From NCBI GenBank assembly GCA_965216675.1, contig CBDCGK010000004.1:3150061-3214060 (forward strand): DNA of 64,000 nt. The letters run 5' to 3'. Positions within the stretch are counted from its first letter, which is position 1. Each line of letters starts with the position of its first letter. The notes beneath the pieces were generated by a model. The model saw only the letters and a list, made by a program, of their open reading frames with translations, did not search any database and was not told the DNA's origin. Position numbers and translations under genes: made by a program. Source of the stretch: Acidimicrobiales bacterium (lineage in GTDB: Bacteria > Actinomycetota > Acidimicrobiia > Acidimicrobiales > SZUA-35). Positions 45,169-54,504 of this stretch are shown here, in pieces.

Positions 45169-45780
45169 TCAGCGCTTGGCCAGCCCCTGCATGAACATCG
45201 ATGTGAACTGCTCCACCCGAAGATCGAGATCGGGGCCGACGGTGCGAGAGGGTTCCTCATCGGCACCGGTCTTGCAGTGCAGCATGGCGAGACCGTGCAC
45301 GGCCGACCAGATGAGGACCGAGGCGGCTTCGACGTCGAGGTCCGGGTTGTGGTCCTCGGCGACGGCGGTGACGATGCTCTCCAGGTGCCCGTACGCTCGG
45401 GCGGAGGCCTCGATGAGCTCCGGGTTGGTCGTGTCGACCAGTTCGTCGGTCCACATCACGGCGAAGTGGCCGATCTGGTTGACGGCGACGCCGACGTAGG
45501 CTTTGCCCATCGCCGTCATACGTTCCACGGGATCGTCGATGCCGGCGACTGCCGACTCGAACGCCCGGCACAGGTCCTGGAAGCCCTCGATGGCGACGGC
45601 GGTGAGAAGGCCCCGGGAGTCGCCGAAGTGGTGAGCCGGTGCGGCATGGGAGACCCCGGCCCGACGGGCGACCTCGCGCAGGCTGAAGCCGGCCGGTCCC
45701 CGCTCGGCGACGAGTTCGACGGTGGCCGTTCGTAGTGCGGTCGGGAGATCGCCGTGATGGTAGGTGGTCGCTGCGTTCAT
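45169..45780 (-). CDS. TetR/AcrR family transcriptional regulator
   Basis: YHHGDLPTALRTATVELVAERGPAGFSLREVARRAGVSHAAPAHHF. Start taken at MNAATTY (45780; alternative 45807), because the ORF-track start at 45858 lies inside the operator repeats. Confidence 0.85.
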   Translation of the reverse strand: MNAATTYHHGDLPTALRTATVELVAERGPAGFSLREVARRAGVSHAAPAHHFGDSRGLLTAVAIEGFQDLCRAFESAVAGIDDPVERMTAMGKAYVGVAVNQIGHFAVMWTDELVDTTNPELIEASARAYGHLESIVTAVAEDHNPDLDVEAASVLIWSAVHGLAMLHCKTGADEEPSRTVGPDLDLRVEQFTSMFMQGLAKR

Positions 45781-45832
45781 AGGAGATGTGGGCCTGACGG
45801 GTGACATGACGCCTCCAAGGCTGACAACGACG

Positions 45833-45936
45833 TTGACACTGTCCGTTGACACTGTCAAGTTTTTCGGACTCAGGTCTTGACAGTGGCAACATCTCTGCGT
45901 AGGGTTTCGATCTTACCACTGGAAACTTGACACTGG
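45833..45936. promoter_or_regulatory. TetR/MMPL divergent control region with four TTGACA(C/G)TG repeats, one forming the palindrome TTGACAcTGTCAA
   Basis: ttgacactgtc 45833-45843; ttgacactgtcaa 45846-45858; ttgacagtgg 45877-45886; ttgacactgg 45927-45936. Confidence 0.65.
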
Positions 45937-45978
45937 CAATATCCACGAGACGCGAACCGGATCAAACAGGTAGGACCC

Positions 45979-48828
45979 ATGAAGAGACCACCGCACACAG
46001 ACGCCACCGCCGGCACCGGTCAGCGGCCGACGAGAACCAGCAGGATCGTCGAGACCCTGGCCACCCACACCGGGCTCCTGGTCGCGGCGGTTCTCGTCGC
46101 CACCGCCGTCTTGACCGTGCCCTTCCTCACCATGGCCCCGACCGAGTCGGCCTCGACCGAGCCGACCGGTGACGTGTTCACGGCCCGGGACCGGATCGAC
46201 GAATCCTTTGTCTCGACCGTGCACCCGACCTTCCTCATCCTCGAGCACACGTCGGGCGACATCCTGACCGTCCAGGCCCTGTCCAGCCTGCTGGCCGCCG
46301 AGAACGACTTGCGTTCCCATCCCGAGTTCGGCTCGACGTTGATCAGCTACGTCGACCCCGACACCACGATCGAAGTCGACGGTGTCATCTCCATCGCCGA
46401 CCTCGTCGAGGCCGAACTCCGGAACCAGTCCATCGACGGTATGGCCGCCGCCACCGACGCCGATGTCAAGCGGATCGGCTCGGCGATCATCGACGAGCTC
46501 GGCGAACGATCCGAGCTGCTCGGCATCTCCGCCCGGTCGACCCGGTCGGACGACGGCTGGACCGTACCCGCCGTCTCGCTCCTCGTTCTGTCCGACAACG
46601 AGGCACTCGGCTTCGGGAACGTCTCGGTTGCCCTCGGCGGCGACACGGAGGTCGAGGAGTTCGATCGGGACATCCAGGAGGTGTTCCGAGTCGACGGCTG
46701 GCAGGCCAACGGCGTCGCCATCGACGTCAACCTGACCTCCCGGGAACAGGGTGCCGTGGCCGGACCATTCATCGGCTTCACCATCCTGGCCGTCCTCCTT
46801 CTGGTCGGTCTCACATTCCGGAGCTACTGGGTTCTCGCCACCGTCAGCGCCTCCTTCCTCCTCCTCATCGTCTGGCTGAAGGGCGTCTCCAACCTGATCG
46901 GCCTGAAGGACGATCTCGTCCTGTCACTCATCGTGCCGGTGGCGATGATCAGCTTCGGCGTCGACTTCGCCTTCCACGCCGTCGGCCGCTACCGGGAGGA
47001 GCGAGCCGAAGGTCACCCGGCGTCGAGAGCGAGCGTGGCCGGCCTCACCGCGGTGTCCGGTGCGCTGTTCCTGGCGCTGATCTCCGACACGTCCGCTTTC
47101 CTGGCCAACCTCACCTCCGGTATCGAGTCGATCAACCAGTTCGGCATCGGCGCCGCCATTGCGCTCGTGTCCGCCTATCTCCTCCTCGGCATCGTGGTTC
47201 CGCTGGTCGTCGCCCGACTGGAGGCCGACGTTCCGTTGCCCACCGAGGGGCGCCGCTCCACGCTGCTGCGCACGTTGGGATCGTTCGGTACCGCGGGGCT
47301 GACGATGGCCTCGGTGCTGATGCTGGTCTACGTCAGCCCTGCCATCGGTATCGGGCTGACAGTAGCGACCTTGCTGTTCGGGCTCCTGGTGCCGTTTCTG
47401 GTCAGCCGTCGCCGACCCGGACCTCGGGTTGGCGACACTGGATCCGGCGACGGCTCACAGGTCGCCGCGGGGCGGTTGGCCGGCCGTGTCGGATCCGCGG
47501 TTCGAGCCTTGGCCGAACGACGCCGGATCGTACTGCCGGTCGCCCTCCTGGTGACCGCCGGCATGGCGAGCCTCGCCGTGCAGGTTCCGGCGGAGTTCGA
47601 TGTCGAGGACTTCTTCAGCGGTGACACTGACTTCGTGGTTGGTCTCGATCAGCTCGATACCCACGTCGGCGACCGGGGTGGGGAGCCGGCGATCATCTAT
47701 CTCGAAGGCGATCTCACCGACCCCGACAGACTGAGCCTGGTCGCCGGCCGTATCGAGGAGATCCGAGGCCTCGACACGCCGTCGCTCGCTCGAGATGACG
47801 ACGGCCGGGTCACGATCGACACGGGCGTCTTCGAGATCTTCGCACGCGCTCTCGACAGCGAGATCATGCCCATCCTCGTAGCCGACCGGACCGGCGTGAT
47901 CCTCAGCGACGGCAACGCCGACGGAATTCCCGACACCCGTGAGCAGATCGAGGCCCTGCTCGCCGTGGTCGGCGAGACGGGCATCCCGCTCGATGGGGAG
48001 AGGCTTCTGGTCACGCCTGACCAGGTCAACACCGTCGTGCAGATCAGTCCACGCGAGGACGAACCGGACCGGGCCGTTCTGCAGCTCGGCGTCGTCGACA
48101 GCCGGGCTCAGGAGTCGGTGACCGCCACCCGCGATGCGCTCGAACCCGTCGTGACAGCCATGTCGGCCGATCTCGACAACACCTTCGTGGAGGTCACCGG
48201 CAGCGCACTGGTCCGGGAGGCGTCGCTGGCGGGAACGAACCGGGCCCTGCAGCTGTCGCTTCCGCTGTCGGTGGTGCTCTGCTTGATCATCGCCACCGTC
48301 TTCCTCCGCTCCATCCGCTACGGTGTGGCTGCGGTCATCCCGATCCTGATGGTGGTGGCCTGGCTCTACGGGTTCATGTACCTCGCCGGATACGCCATCA
48401 ACATCGTCACCGCCACCATCGCCGCCGTGTCGATCGGGATCGGTATCGATTTCGCCATCCATTACATCGTGCGGTTCCGGGAGGAGCTGGCCGGTCGGGC
48501 CGACCGGCTGGCTGCGGCCCAGGCCGCGGGTGAGGGGACCGGGACCGCGCTGGTGGCCTCCGCGATCAGCTCGGCCGTCGGCTTCGGCATCCTGGCCTTC
48601 GCCCCGATGCCGCTGTTCGCGGCCTACGGTTTGCTGACGGCACTCATGATCACCATGGCGCTGATCGCCACACTCACCGTCCTCCCCGGTGTGTTGGTGA
48701 TCGCGTCGAATGGGGCGTTGGGTGATCGGTCGATCGGGTCCCGCGCTTCGTCGGTCGACGTGGACGCCGCATACCACAGCCCCGACGATCGCATGGTGCA
48801 GGTGACGACCGGTGGCACGGTACCGTGA
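45979..48828 (+). CDS. MMPL/RND-superfamily membrane transporter
   Basis: 949 aa with two blocks of ~6 TM helices, each preceded by a large soluble loop, which is typical MMPL architecture. Confidence 0.8.
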   Translation: MKRPPHTDATAGTGQRPTRTSRIVETLATHTGLLVAAVLVATAVLTVPFLTMAPTESASTEPTGDVFTARDRIDESFVSTVHPTFLILEHTSGDILTVQALSSLLAAENDLRSHPEFGSTLISYVDPDTTIEVDGVISIADLVEAELRNQSIDGMAAATDADVKRIGSAIIDELGERSELLGISARSTRSDDGWTVPAVSLLVLSDNEALGFGNVSVALGGDTEVEEFDRDIQEVFRVDGWQANGVAIDVNLTSREQGAVAGPFIGFTILAVLLLVGLTFRSYWVLATVSASFLLLIVWLKGVSNLIGLKDDLVLSLIVPVAMISFGVDFAFHAVGRYREERAEGHPASRASVAGLTAVSGALFLALISDTSAFLANLTSGIESINQFGIGAAIALVSAYLLLGIVVPLVVARLEADVPLPTEGRRSTLLRTLGSFGTAGLTMASVLMLVYVSPAIGIGLTVATLLFGLLVPFLVSRRRPGPRVGDTGSGDGSQVAAGRLAGRVGSAVRALAERRRIVLPVALLVTAGMASLAVQVPAEFDVEDFFSGDTDFVVGLDQLDTHVGDRGGEPAIIYLEGDLTDPDRLSLVAGRIEEIRGLDTPSLARDDDGRVTIDTGVFEIFARALDSEIMPILVADRTGVILSDGNADGIPDTREQIEALLAVVGETGIPLDGERLLVTPDQVNTVVQISPREDEPDRAVLQLGVVDSRAQESVTATRDALEPVVTAMSADLDNTFVEVTGSALVREASLAGTNRALQLSLPLSVVLCLIIATVFLRSIRYGVAAVIPILMVVAWLYGFMYLAGYAINIVTATIAAVSIGIGIDFAIHYIVRFREELAGRADRLAAAQAAGEGTGTALVASAISSAVGFGILAFAPMPLFAAYGLLTALMITMALIATLTVLPGVLVIASNGALGDRSIGSRASSVDVDAAYHSPDDRMVQVTTGGTVP

Positions 48829-48861
48829 AGTGAGGCGCCGCCGTGCGATACGCTCCACAGG

Positions 48862-49908
48862 GTGAGCGAACCGCTGCTCGACGTCGACGGTCTCGTCACC
48901 CGGTTCCGAACGGCCGACGGTGTGGTCCATGCCGTCAACGGCGTCTCGTTTCAGGTGCACGCAGGTGAGACGGTCGGAGTGGTCGGCGAGAGCGGTTCCG
49001 GCAAGTCGGTCACGATGCTGTCGCTGGTCGGGCTCATCCGCAGCCCGCCAGGCAGCGTCGAAGGGGGAACAGCCCGATTCCGGTCCGACGACGCGCCCGT
49101 CGACCTGCTGCAGCTCGGCAACGACGGCCTCCGTCGAATCCGTGGCGACGAGATCGGGATCGTGTTCCAGGATCCGAGCGAGTCGCTCAACCCGGTGATG
49201 ACGGTGGGCCGCCAGATCACCGAGTCGTTGCGTCAGCCCCGAGGCGGTCGGCGCCTCGGTCGGCGAACGGCCCGGACGAAGGCGATCGACCTGCTGCGCC
49301 GGGTTGGCATCGCCGACCCCGAAAGACGATTCGACAGCTACCCCCATGAGCTGTCGGGCGGCATGCGTCAGCGGGCGGTCATCGCCATCGCGCTGGCCGG
49401 CGATCCGTCGCTGATCATCGCCGATGAGCCGACCACTGCACTGGACGTCACCGTCCAGGCCCAGATCCTCGATTTGATGAAGCAGCTCCAGGTCGAGCGG
49501 AACCTGGCCATGGTCTGGGTCAGCCACGATCTGGGTGTGGTGGCCGCTATCGCCGACCGGGTCCTGGTGCTGTACGCGGGCACGGTGGTGGAATCGGCGT
49601 CGGTCGAAGAACTCTTCGAGCGACCCCAGCACCCCTACACCCGCGCTCTGCTGGCCGCGCTGCCCAGCCACGAGGACGCCGGCCAGCCCTTACGGGCCAT
49701 CCCCGGTGCGCCACCCAGCCTGGCTGCCGAGCCGACGTCGTGCCCCTTCGCCGAGCGGTGCGCCCACGTGTTCGATCGGTGCCGGATCCAGCGGCCCGGA
49801 CTGGCCGAGGTCGCGCCCGGCCACCAGGTCGCCTGCTTCTGGGACATCGACGGCGACCGTCTCCGAGACGACGTGCCGGTGGCATCGACCCGGGCATTCG
49901 TGCCGTGA
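48862..49908 (+). CDS. orphan ABC transporter ATP-binding protein (OppD/DppD-like)
   Basis: Walker A GESGSGKS, signature LSGGMRQR, Walker [21 protein letters not shown] oligopeptide-type C-terminus. GTG start. No adjacent permease or SBP. Confidence 0.88.
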   Translation: MSEPLLDVDGLVTRFRTADGVVHAVNGVSFQVHAGETVGVVGESGSGKSVTMLSLVGLIRSPPGSVEGGTARFRSDDAPVDLLQLGNDGLRRIRGDEIGIVFQDPSESLNPVMTVGRQITESLRQPRGGRRLGRRTARTKAIDLLRRVGIADPERRFDSYPHELSGGMRQRAVIAIALAGDPSLIIADEPTTALDVTVQAQILDLMKQLQVERNLAMVWVSHDLGVVAAIADRVLVLYAGTVVESASVEELFERPQHPYTRALLAALPSHEDAGQPLRAIPGAPPSLAAEPTSCPFAERCAHVFDRCRIQRPGLAEVAPGHQVACFWDIDGDRLRDDVPVASTRAFVP

Positions 49909-49921
49909 GCGGAGCCGACCT

Positions 49922-52000
49922 TTGACCCGGCCCGCCACGCACGCCGTCCGCACCGTCGAACACACCTGGATCGAACTGGCCGACGGCGCCCGCCTGAGCG
50001 CCCGGCTGCGGCTACCCGTCGACCCCGATCCGGGGCCCGTGCCCGCCGTGGTCGAATACATCCCGTATCGCAAGGACGACGGCACGCTGCTGCGCGACAA
50101 CCGCCAGCACCACCACCTGGCCGCCCGCGGCTACGCCATGGTTCGGGTCGACATTCGAGGCTCGGGCGACTCAGACGGCGCCCTCCGCGGCGAGTACCTG
50201 GCCACCGAGCTGAGCGACGGCGTCGAGGTCATCGACTGGATAAGCCGCCAGCCGTGGTGCGACGGGCGGGTCGCCATCATGGGCATTTCATGGGGAGGGT
50301 TCAACGCCCTCCAGATCGCAGCGCTGCAACCCCCGGCGCTGGCCGCGGCGGTGGCCGTGGCCGCCACCGACGACCGCTTCGCCACCGACGTGCACTACAT
50401 CGGCGGCTGCGTGCTGGCCGCCGACATGGCGGGCTGGTCGGCGACCATGGCCTGCTTCAACGCCCGCCCGTCGACCCCCCGGATCGTGGCCGCGGCCGAC
50501 GGCATCCATGTGGCGGAGTGGCGGGACCGGTGGCTGCACCGGCTCGAACAGACACCGATCTTCGTGCACGACTGGCTCACCCACCAGCGTCGAGACGGGT
50601 TCTGGGAACACGGATCGGTGTGCGAGGACTACTCGGCCATCCGCTGCCCGGTGATGACCGTGGGCGGGTGGGCCGACGGCTACACCGACACCGTGTTACG
50701 CCTCGCAGCGGGGCTGAGCGTCCCGTACCGGGCGATCGTCGGGCCGTGGTCACACAACTACCCGTTCGTCGGCGTGCCCGGACCCAACATCGACTTCATC
50801 GGCGAGGTCGTCGACTTCTTCGACCGCCACCTGGGTGCCCACGGCAGCACCGAGGCCGGGATCCAGCCGGACTCGACCTGGGAGGCGGAGCCGGTGCGGA
50901 TCTGGATGCAGGATCACGTCACCCCGGCGCCCTCCTACCTCGGACGCCCCGGACGCTGGATCGCCGAGCCGTCGTGGCCATCGCCCAACGTGTCGACGCA
51001 GTCCCGGTGGTTGACAGCCGACCGGCGGCTGACCGCCGACCAGCCGGCCGGGCCGGGTGAGACGATCAGTGGCGGCAACCCCCTGACCGCGGGCCTGCAT
51101 CAGGGCAACTGGTGGGGCTACGCCGCACCGGGACAGCTCCCGACCGATCAGCGGCTCGCCCCCGATCCGGCCTTCCGCTTCGATGGTGAGCCGGTCGACC
51201 GGGCCGTTGATCTGGTCGGGATCGCCGAGTTGCGGCTGCGGGTGGCGGCCGACGCCCCGGTGGCCCAGGTCGCGGCCCGACTGTGCGATGTCGCCCCCGA
51301 CGGATCGATGCTGCAGATCAGCCGAGGGGTGTTGAACCTCACCCATCGACACGGCCACGCCGACCCGGAGCCGTTGGTGCCCGGGGAACCGGTCGACGTC
51401 ACGGTCGTGCTCGACGGTATGGCCCACCGGCTGCCGGCCGGTCACCACCTGAGCCTGCTCATCACGTCCAGCCTCTGGCCGTTGGTGTGGCCGTCGCCGA
51501 CCGACGTCGTGTTGACCCTCGAACCCGGTCCCGGCTGCGAACTCCGGCTACCGGTGCGCACCGAACCGGTCGACGCCTCGGCGACCGGACCCGCACCCTT
51601 CGGCGAACCGGCCATGGCCGACGACCAGGCCGAGATCACGGCCCCGGCGACCTCCGCCCGCATCATCACGACCGACGCCACCACGGGCACCGTCACCGTG
51701 ACCGACCACGACGACGCCGGCACCATCACCTTCGACGACCACCGCACCGCCATGTCATCGACGGCCACCGACACCTGGACCATCACCCTCGGCGACCCGT
51801 TGAGCGCCCGCGTCACCTGCGACCGAACCTGGTCGGTGGCGTGGCCCGAGGAGTCGACGGCGGTTGCCGTGGAGACGAGCTCGGACATGTGGTGCGACGC
51901 CACCCACTTCCACACCCGTGACATCGTGACCGCCCACCTCCAGAACGAGGTCGTCTTCAGTCGCACCTACGAGTCCTCCGCTCCCCGGGACCATCAGTAG
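49922..52000 (+). CDS. CocE/NonD family hydrolase (X-Pro dipeptidyl-peptidase S15-like alpha/beta hydrolase)
   Basis: PAVVEYIPYRKDD...GYAMVRVDIRGSGDSDG...VAIMGISWGGF (GxSxG). TTG start with GGAG 6 nt upstream, 13 nt after the ATPase stop. The ORF-track start at 49535 overlaps the ATPase gene. Confidence 0.8.
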   Translation: MTRPATHAVRTVEHTWIELADGARLSARLRLPVDPDPGPVPAVVEYIPYRKDDGTLLRDNRQHHHLAARGYAMVRVDIRGSGDSDGALRGEYLATELSDGVEVIDWISRQPWCDGRVAIMGISWGGFNALQIAALQPPALAAAVAVAATDDRFATDVHYIGGCVLAADMAGWSATMACFNARPSTPRIVAAADGIHVAEWRDRWLHRLEQTPIFVHDWLTHQRRDGFWEHGSVCEDYSAIRCPVMTVGGWADGYTDTVLRLAAGLSVPYRAIVGPWSHNYPFVGVPGPNIDFIGEVVDFFDRHLGAHGSTEAGIQPDSTWEAEPVRIWMQDHVTPAPSYLGRPGRWIAEPSWPSPNVSTQSRWLTADRRLTADQPAGPGETISGGNPLTAGLHQGNWWGYAAPGQLPTDQRLAPDPAFRFDGEPVDRAVDLVGIAELRLRVAADAPVAQVAARLCDVAPDGSMLQISRGVLNLTHRHGHADPEPLVPGEPVDVTVVLDGMAHRLPAGHHLSLLITSSLWPLVWPSPTDVVLTLEPGPGCELRLPVRTEPVDASATGPAPFGEPAMADDQAEITAPATSARIITTDATTGTVTVTDHDDAGTITFDDHRTAMSSTATDTWTITLGDPLSARVTCDRTWSVAWPEESTAVAVETSSDMWCDATHFHTRDIVTAHLQNEVVFSRTYESSAPRDHQ

Positions 52001-52054
52001 GTCAACCCATCATCGAGTGACACCGCCCAGTGAGGATCCAGCAAGGAACAGCTC

Positions 52055-53638
52055 ATGACCGACTCGCCTCGATCGACCGTCGTCATCTCCATCGACGCCG
52101 TGGCCCCCCGCTACGTCACGCCCGACACGATGCCCAACCTCGTGGCGCTCGGGCGAGCCGGTGCGGCCTGCTACCGGGCCCGTACCGTCAACCCGCCGAT
52201 CACCATGCCGGCCCACATCTCACTGCTTCGGGGAATCGATCCGTCCGTCCACGGTGTGCTCGACAACACCGCAACGACCCTGACCCCCGAAGCGGCGGCC
52301 GTGCCGACGTTCCTGGAACGGGTACGGCGAGACGCCGGGCTCGACACCGCGTCGGTGGTGTCGTGGGCGCCCATGGATGCCGCCGTCGATCGGGGTGCCG
52401 TCTCGACGAGAATGTTGTTCGACGACGGCTACAACCCCGACATCGACGACGTGATCGTCGACCGTCTCATCGAGCTGGTGACCGGGGGCCGACACGGCGT
52501 GATCTTCGGCTACCTCATCGCCCCCGACCTGGCCGGTCACGACCACGGGTGGGGGAGCAACCGGTACCTCGAGGCGCTGCGGCGGGTCGACGCCGCCTTC
52601 GGACGGTTGGCCACAGCGTGTGGACCCGACGACACCCTGATCGTCACCACCGACCACGGTGGGCTCGGCACCGACCACGGGGTCGACCGGCCCGAGGACA
52701 TGGAGATCTTCGTGGCCGCCCGCTCGCCGCTCGTGGCGCCGGGCTCGATCTGGTCGTCGGCCTCGATCCTCGACGTGGCCCCGACGGTGGCCGAGCTGAG
52801 TTCGGTCGACCCGCATCCGGCTTGGCGGGGAACCTCGCTGCTCGGACGGGAACGCCGCCTGGTCGACGTGTTGGGCGGCCTGGTCGACGACATGGCGGCG
52901 CACACCTACGGCGAGCGGGTCACGATGCGCGACCACGCCCTGCAAACCGCGTCCAACGCCCGAGCGGTCGGCGCCTCGTCGTCGATGATCGCCGCCGCGC
53001 TGTTGCACGACATCGGTCACCTGACCGATGACGCCGGAGCATGGGGTCTGCCCGACCACGCCGAGGAGGCGGGGAGGATGTGGCAGGCGTTGTTGCCACC
53101 GGAGGTGGTGGAGCCGATCCGGCTGCACGTGGCGGCCAAACGGTGGCTGGTGGCCAACGACCCCGACTACCGCGCCCGGTTGAGCGAGGCCTCGCTGGTG
53201 ACCCTGGACCAGCAGGGCGGCCCGTTCGACGCCATCGAGTCGACTGCGTTCCTGGCCCGCCCGTTCGCCGCCGAGGCCATCGAGCTGCGACGCTGGACGA
53301 CGGCGGCAAGCGGATCGAGGCCGACGGCTCACCGGCCCCGACGCCGACGCTCGATGAACTGCTGCCGTACGTCGAGGAGGCCCTGGCCACCGGTTCCGGA
53401 GATTCGGTCTCGGCCACGTGGGCCCGCGACGCCTGCCGGTGCGAGCTGTGCCGAGACCCGGGCAACGACCAGCACCTCCTCGACCCCGATGACCTCGACG
53501 GGTGGCGGACCGTCGCCGTCGATCGCTCCGCCGATCCGACCGTGGTCGTGGTTCGACGCGGGGCCGACGAGCACCGGTGCCGGATTCCGGCGGCGGCCTG
53601 GAGAGACGGCCATGCCGGTGAAGCTGCCACCGGTATGA
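52055..53638 (+). CDS. segment 1 of an interrupted reading frame: NPP/type I phosphodiesterase (alkaline-phosphatase superfamily) domain fused to a PhnZ/TmpB-like HD-domain oxygenase; sense ends at ~53296, the remainder of the ORF is out-of-frame junk
   Basis: NPP domain: VVISIDAVAPRY, PPITMPAHISLLRGIDPSVHGVLDN (Thr nucleophile context), TTDHGGLGTDHG. HD domain: HTYGERVTMRDHALQTA...AAALLHDIGH...IRLHVAAKRWL...LDQQGG...AIELRRW. Confidence 0.75.
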   Translation: MTDSPRSTVVISIDAVAPRYVTPDTMPNLVALGRAGAACYRARTVNPPITMPAHISLLRGIDPSVHGVLDNTATTLTPEAAAVPTFLERVRRDAGLDTASVVSWAPMDAAVDRGAVSTRMLFDDGYNPDIDDVIVDRLIELVTGGRHGVIFGYLIAPDLAGHDHGWGSNRYLEALRRVDAAFGRLATACGPDDTLIVTTDHGGLGTDHGVDRPEDMEIFVAARSPLVAPGSIWSSASILDVAPTVAELSSVDPHPAWRGTSLLGRERRLVDVLGGLVDDMAAHTYGERVTMRDHALQTASNARAVGASSSMIAAALLHDIGHLTDDAGAWGLPDHAEEAGRMWQALLPPEVVEPIRLHVAAKRWLVANDPDYRARLSEASLVTLDQQGGPFDAIESTAFLARPFAAEAIELRRWTTAASGSRPTAHRPRRRRSMNCCRTSRRPWPPVPEIRSRPRGPATPAGASCAETRATTSTSSTPMTSTGGGPSPSIAPPIRPWSWFDAGPTSTGAGFRRRPGETAMPVKLPPV

Positions 53639-54504
53639 CCGGCGACGGGTCGGCGGCACAATCGGGGCCCGACGAACGCACCGTCCGTTGGGATCGCGAC
53701 ACGATGAAAGCGGCGACCGACGCCTGGGTCGATCACGGCTCGGACGGTTGGATCGATCGGGCCGCCGTCGCCGTCGACCGCTACGGTCTCGCCGTGCTGA
53801 CCGGCGTGTCGACCGAACCCGGCACCGTGCTGACGGTGGCCGAGGACCTCGGGTTCGTACGGGTCACCAACTACGGCGACCTGTTCGACGTACGCAACGA
53901 ACCGCAACCCGAGAACCTGGCCTACACCTCGGTGGGGCTGCCACTGCACACCGACAACCCGTACCGGCAGCCGTGCCCGTCTGTGCAGCTCCTGCACTGT
54001 CTGCGGCCCGCCGACGAGGGCGGCGGCTCCGTGCTCGTCGACGGCTTCGAGGCGGCCGATCGGTTGCGATCCGGTGATCCGGCGGCCTTCGCCACCCTCG
54101 CCGCGACGCCGGTCCGGTTCCGGTTCCACAGCGAGGGTGGCGGAGGCGACAGCGACGATTCCTGGGTCGACCTGCAAGCGCAACGCACGATCATCGAGGT
54201 CGATCCGACCGGCCGGGTGAGAGCGGTCAACGTCAACCACCGGAGCATGGAGGCACCCGTTCGCGGTCCGGGCGTCGACGAGTTCTACCGGGCCTACCTC
54301 CGGTTCCATCGGCTTCTGGCCGAACCGGAGCTTGCCCTCGAACTGACGATGGCGGCCGGCGAGTTGATCGTTTTCGACAACCGCCGGGTCCTTCACGCCC
54401 GAACCGCGTTCGACACGTCGTCGGCCCGCCACCTCCAGGGCTGCTACATCGACATCGACGCCCTGCGGTCCCGGGCCCGCTGCGCAACCTCGGTCATGTC
54501 ATGA
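53297..54504 (+). CDS. segment 2 of the same interrupted frame: end of the HD domain followed directly by a gamma-butyrobetaine-hydroxylase/TmpA/PhnY-like Fe(II)/2-oxoglutarate dioxygenase
   Basis: This frame (ORF track 53041..54504) reads (W)DDGGKRIEADGSPAPTPTLDELLPYVEEAL, then ATWARDACRCELC (CxCxxC zinc module), then the TauD core LPLHTDNPY...GGGSVLVDG...VFDNRRVLHAR. No stop and no plausible start codon lies between the HD tail and the dioxygenase. Confidence 0.75.
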
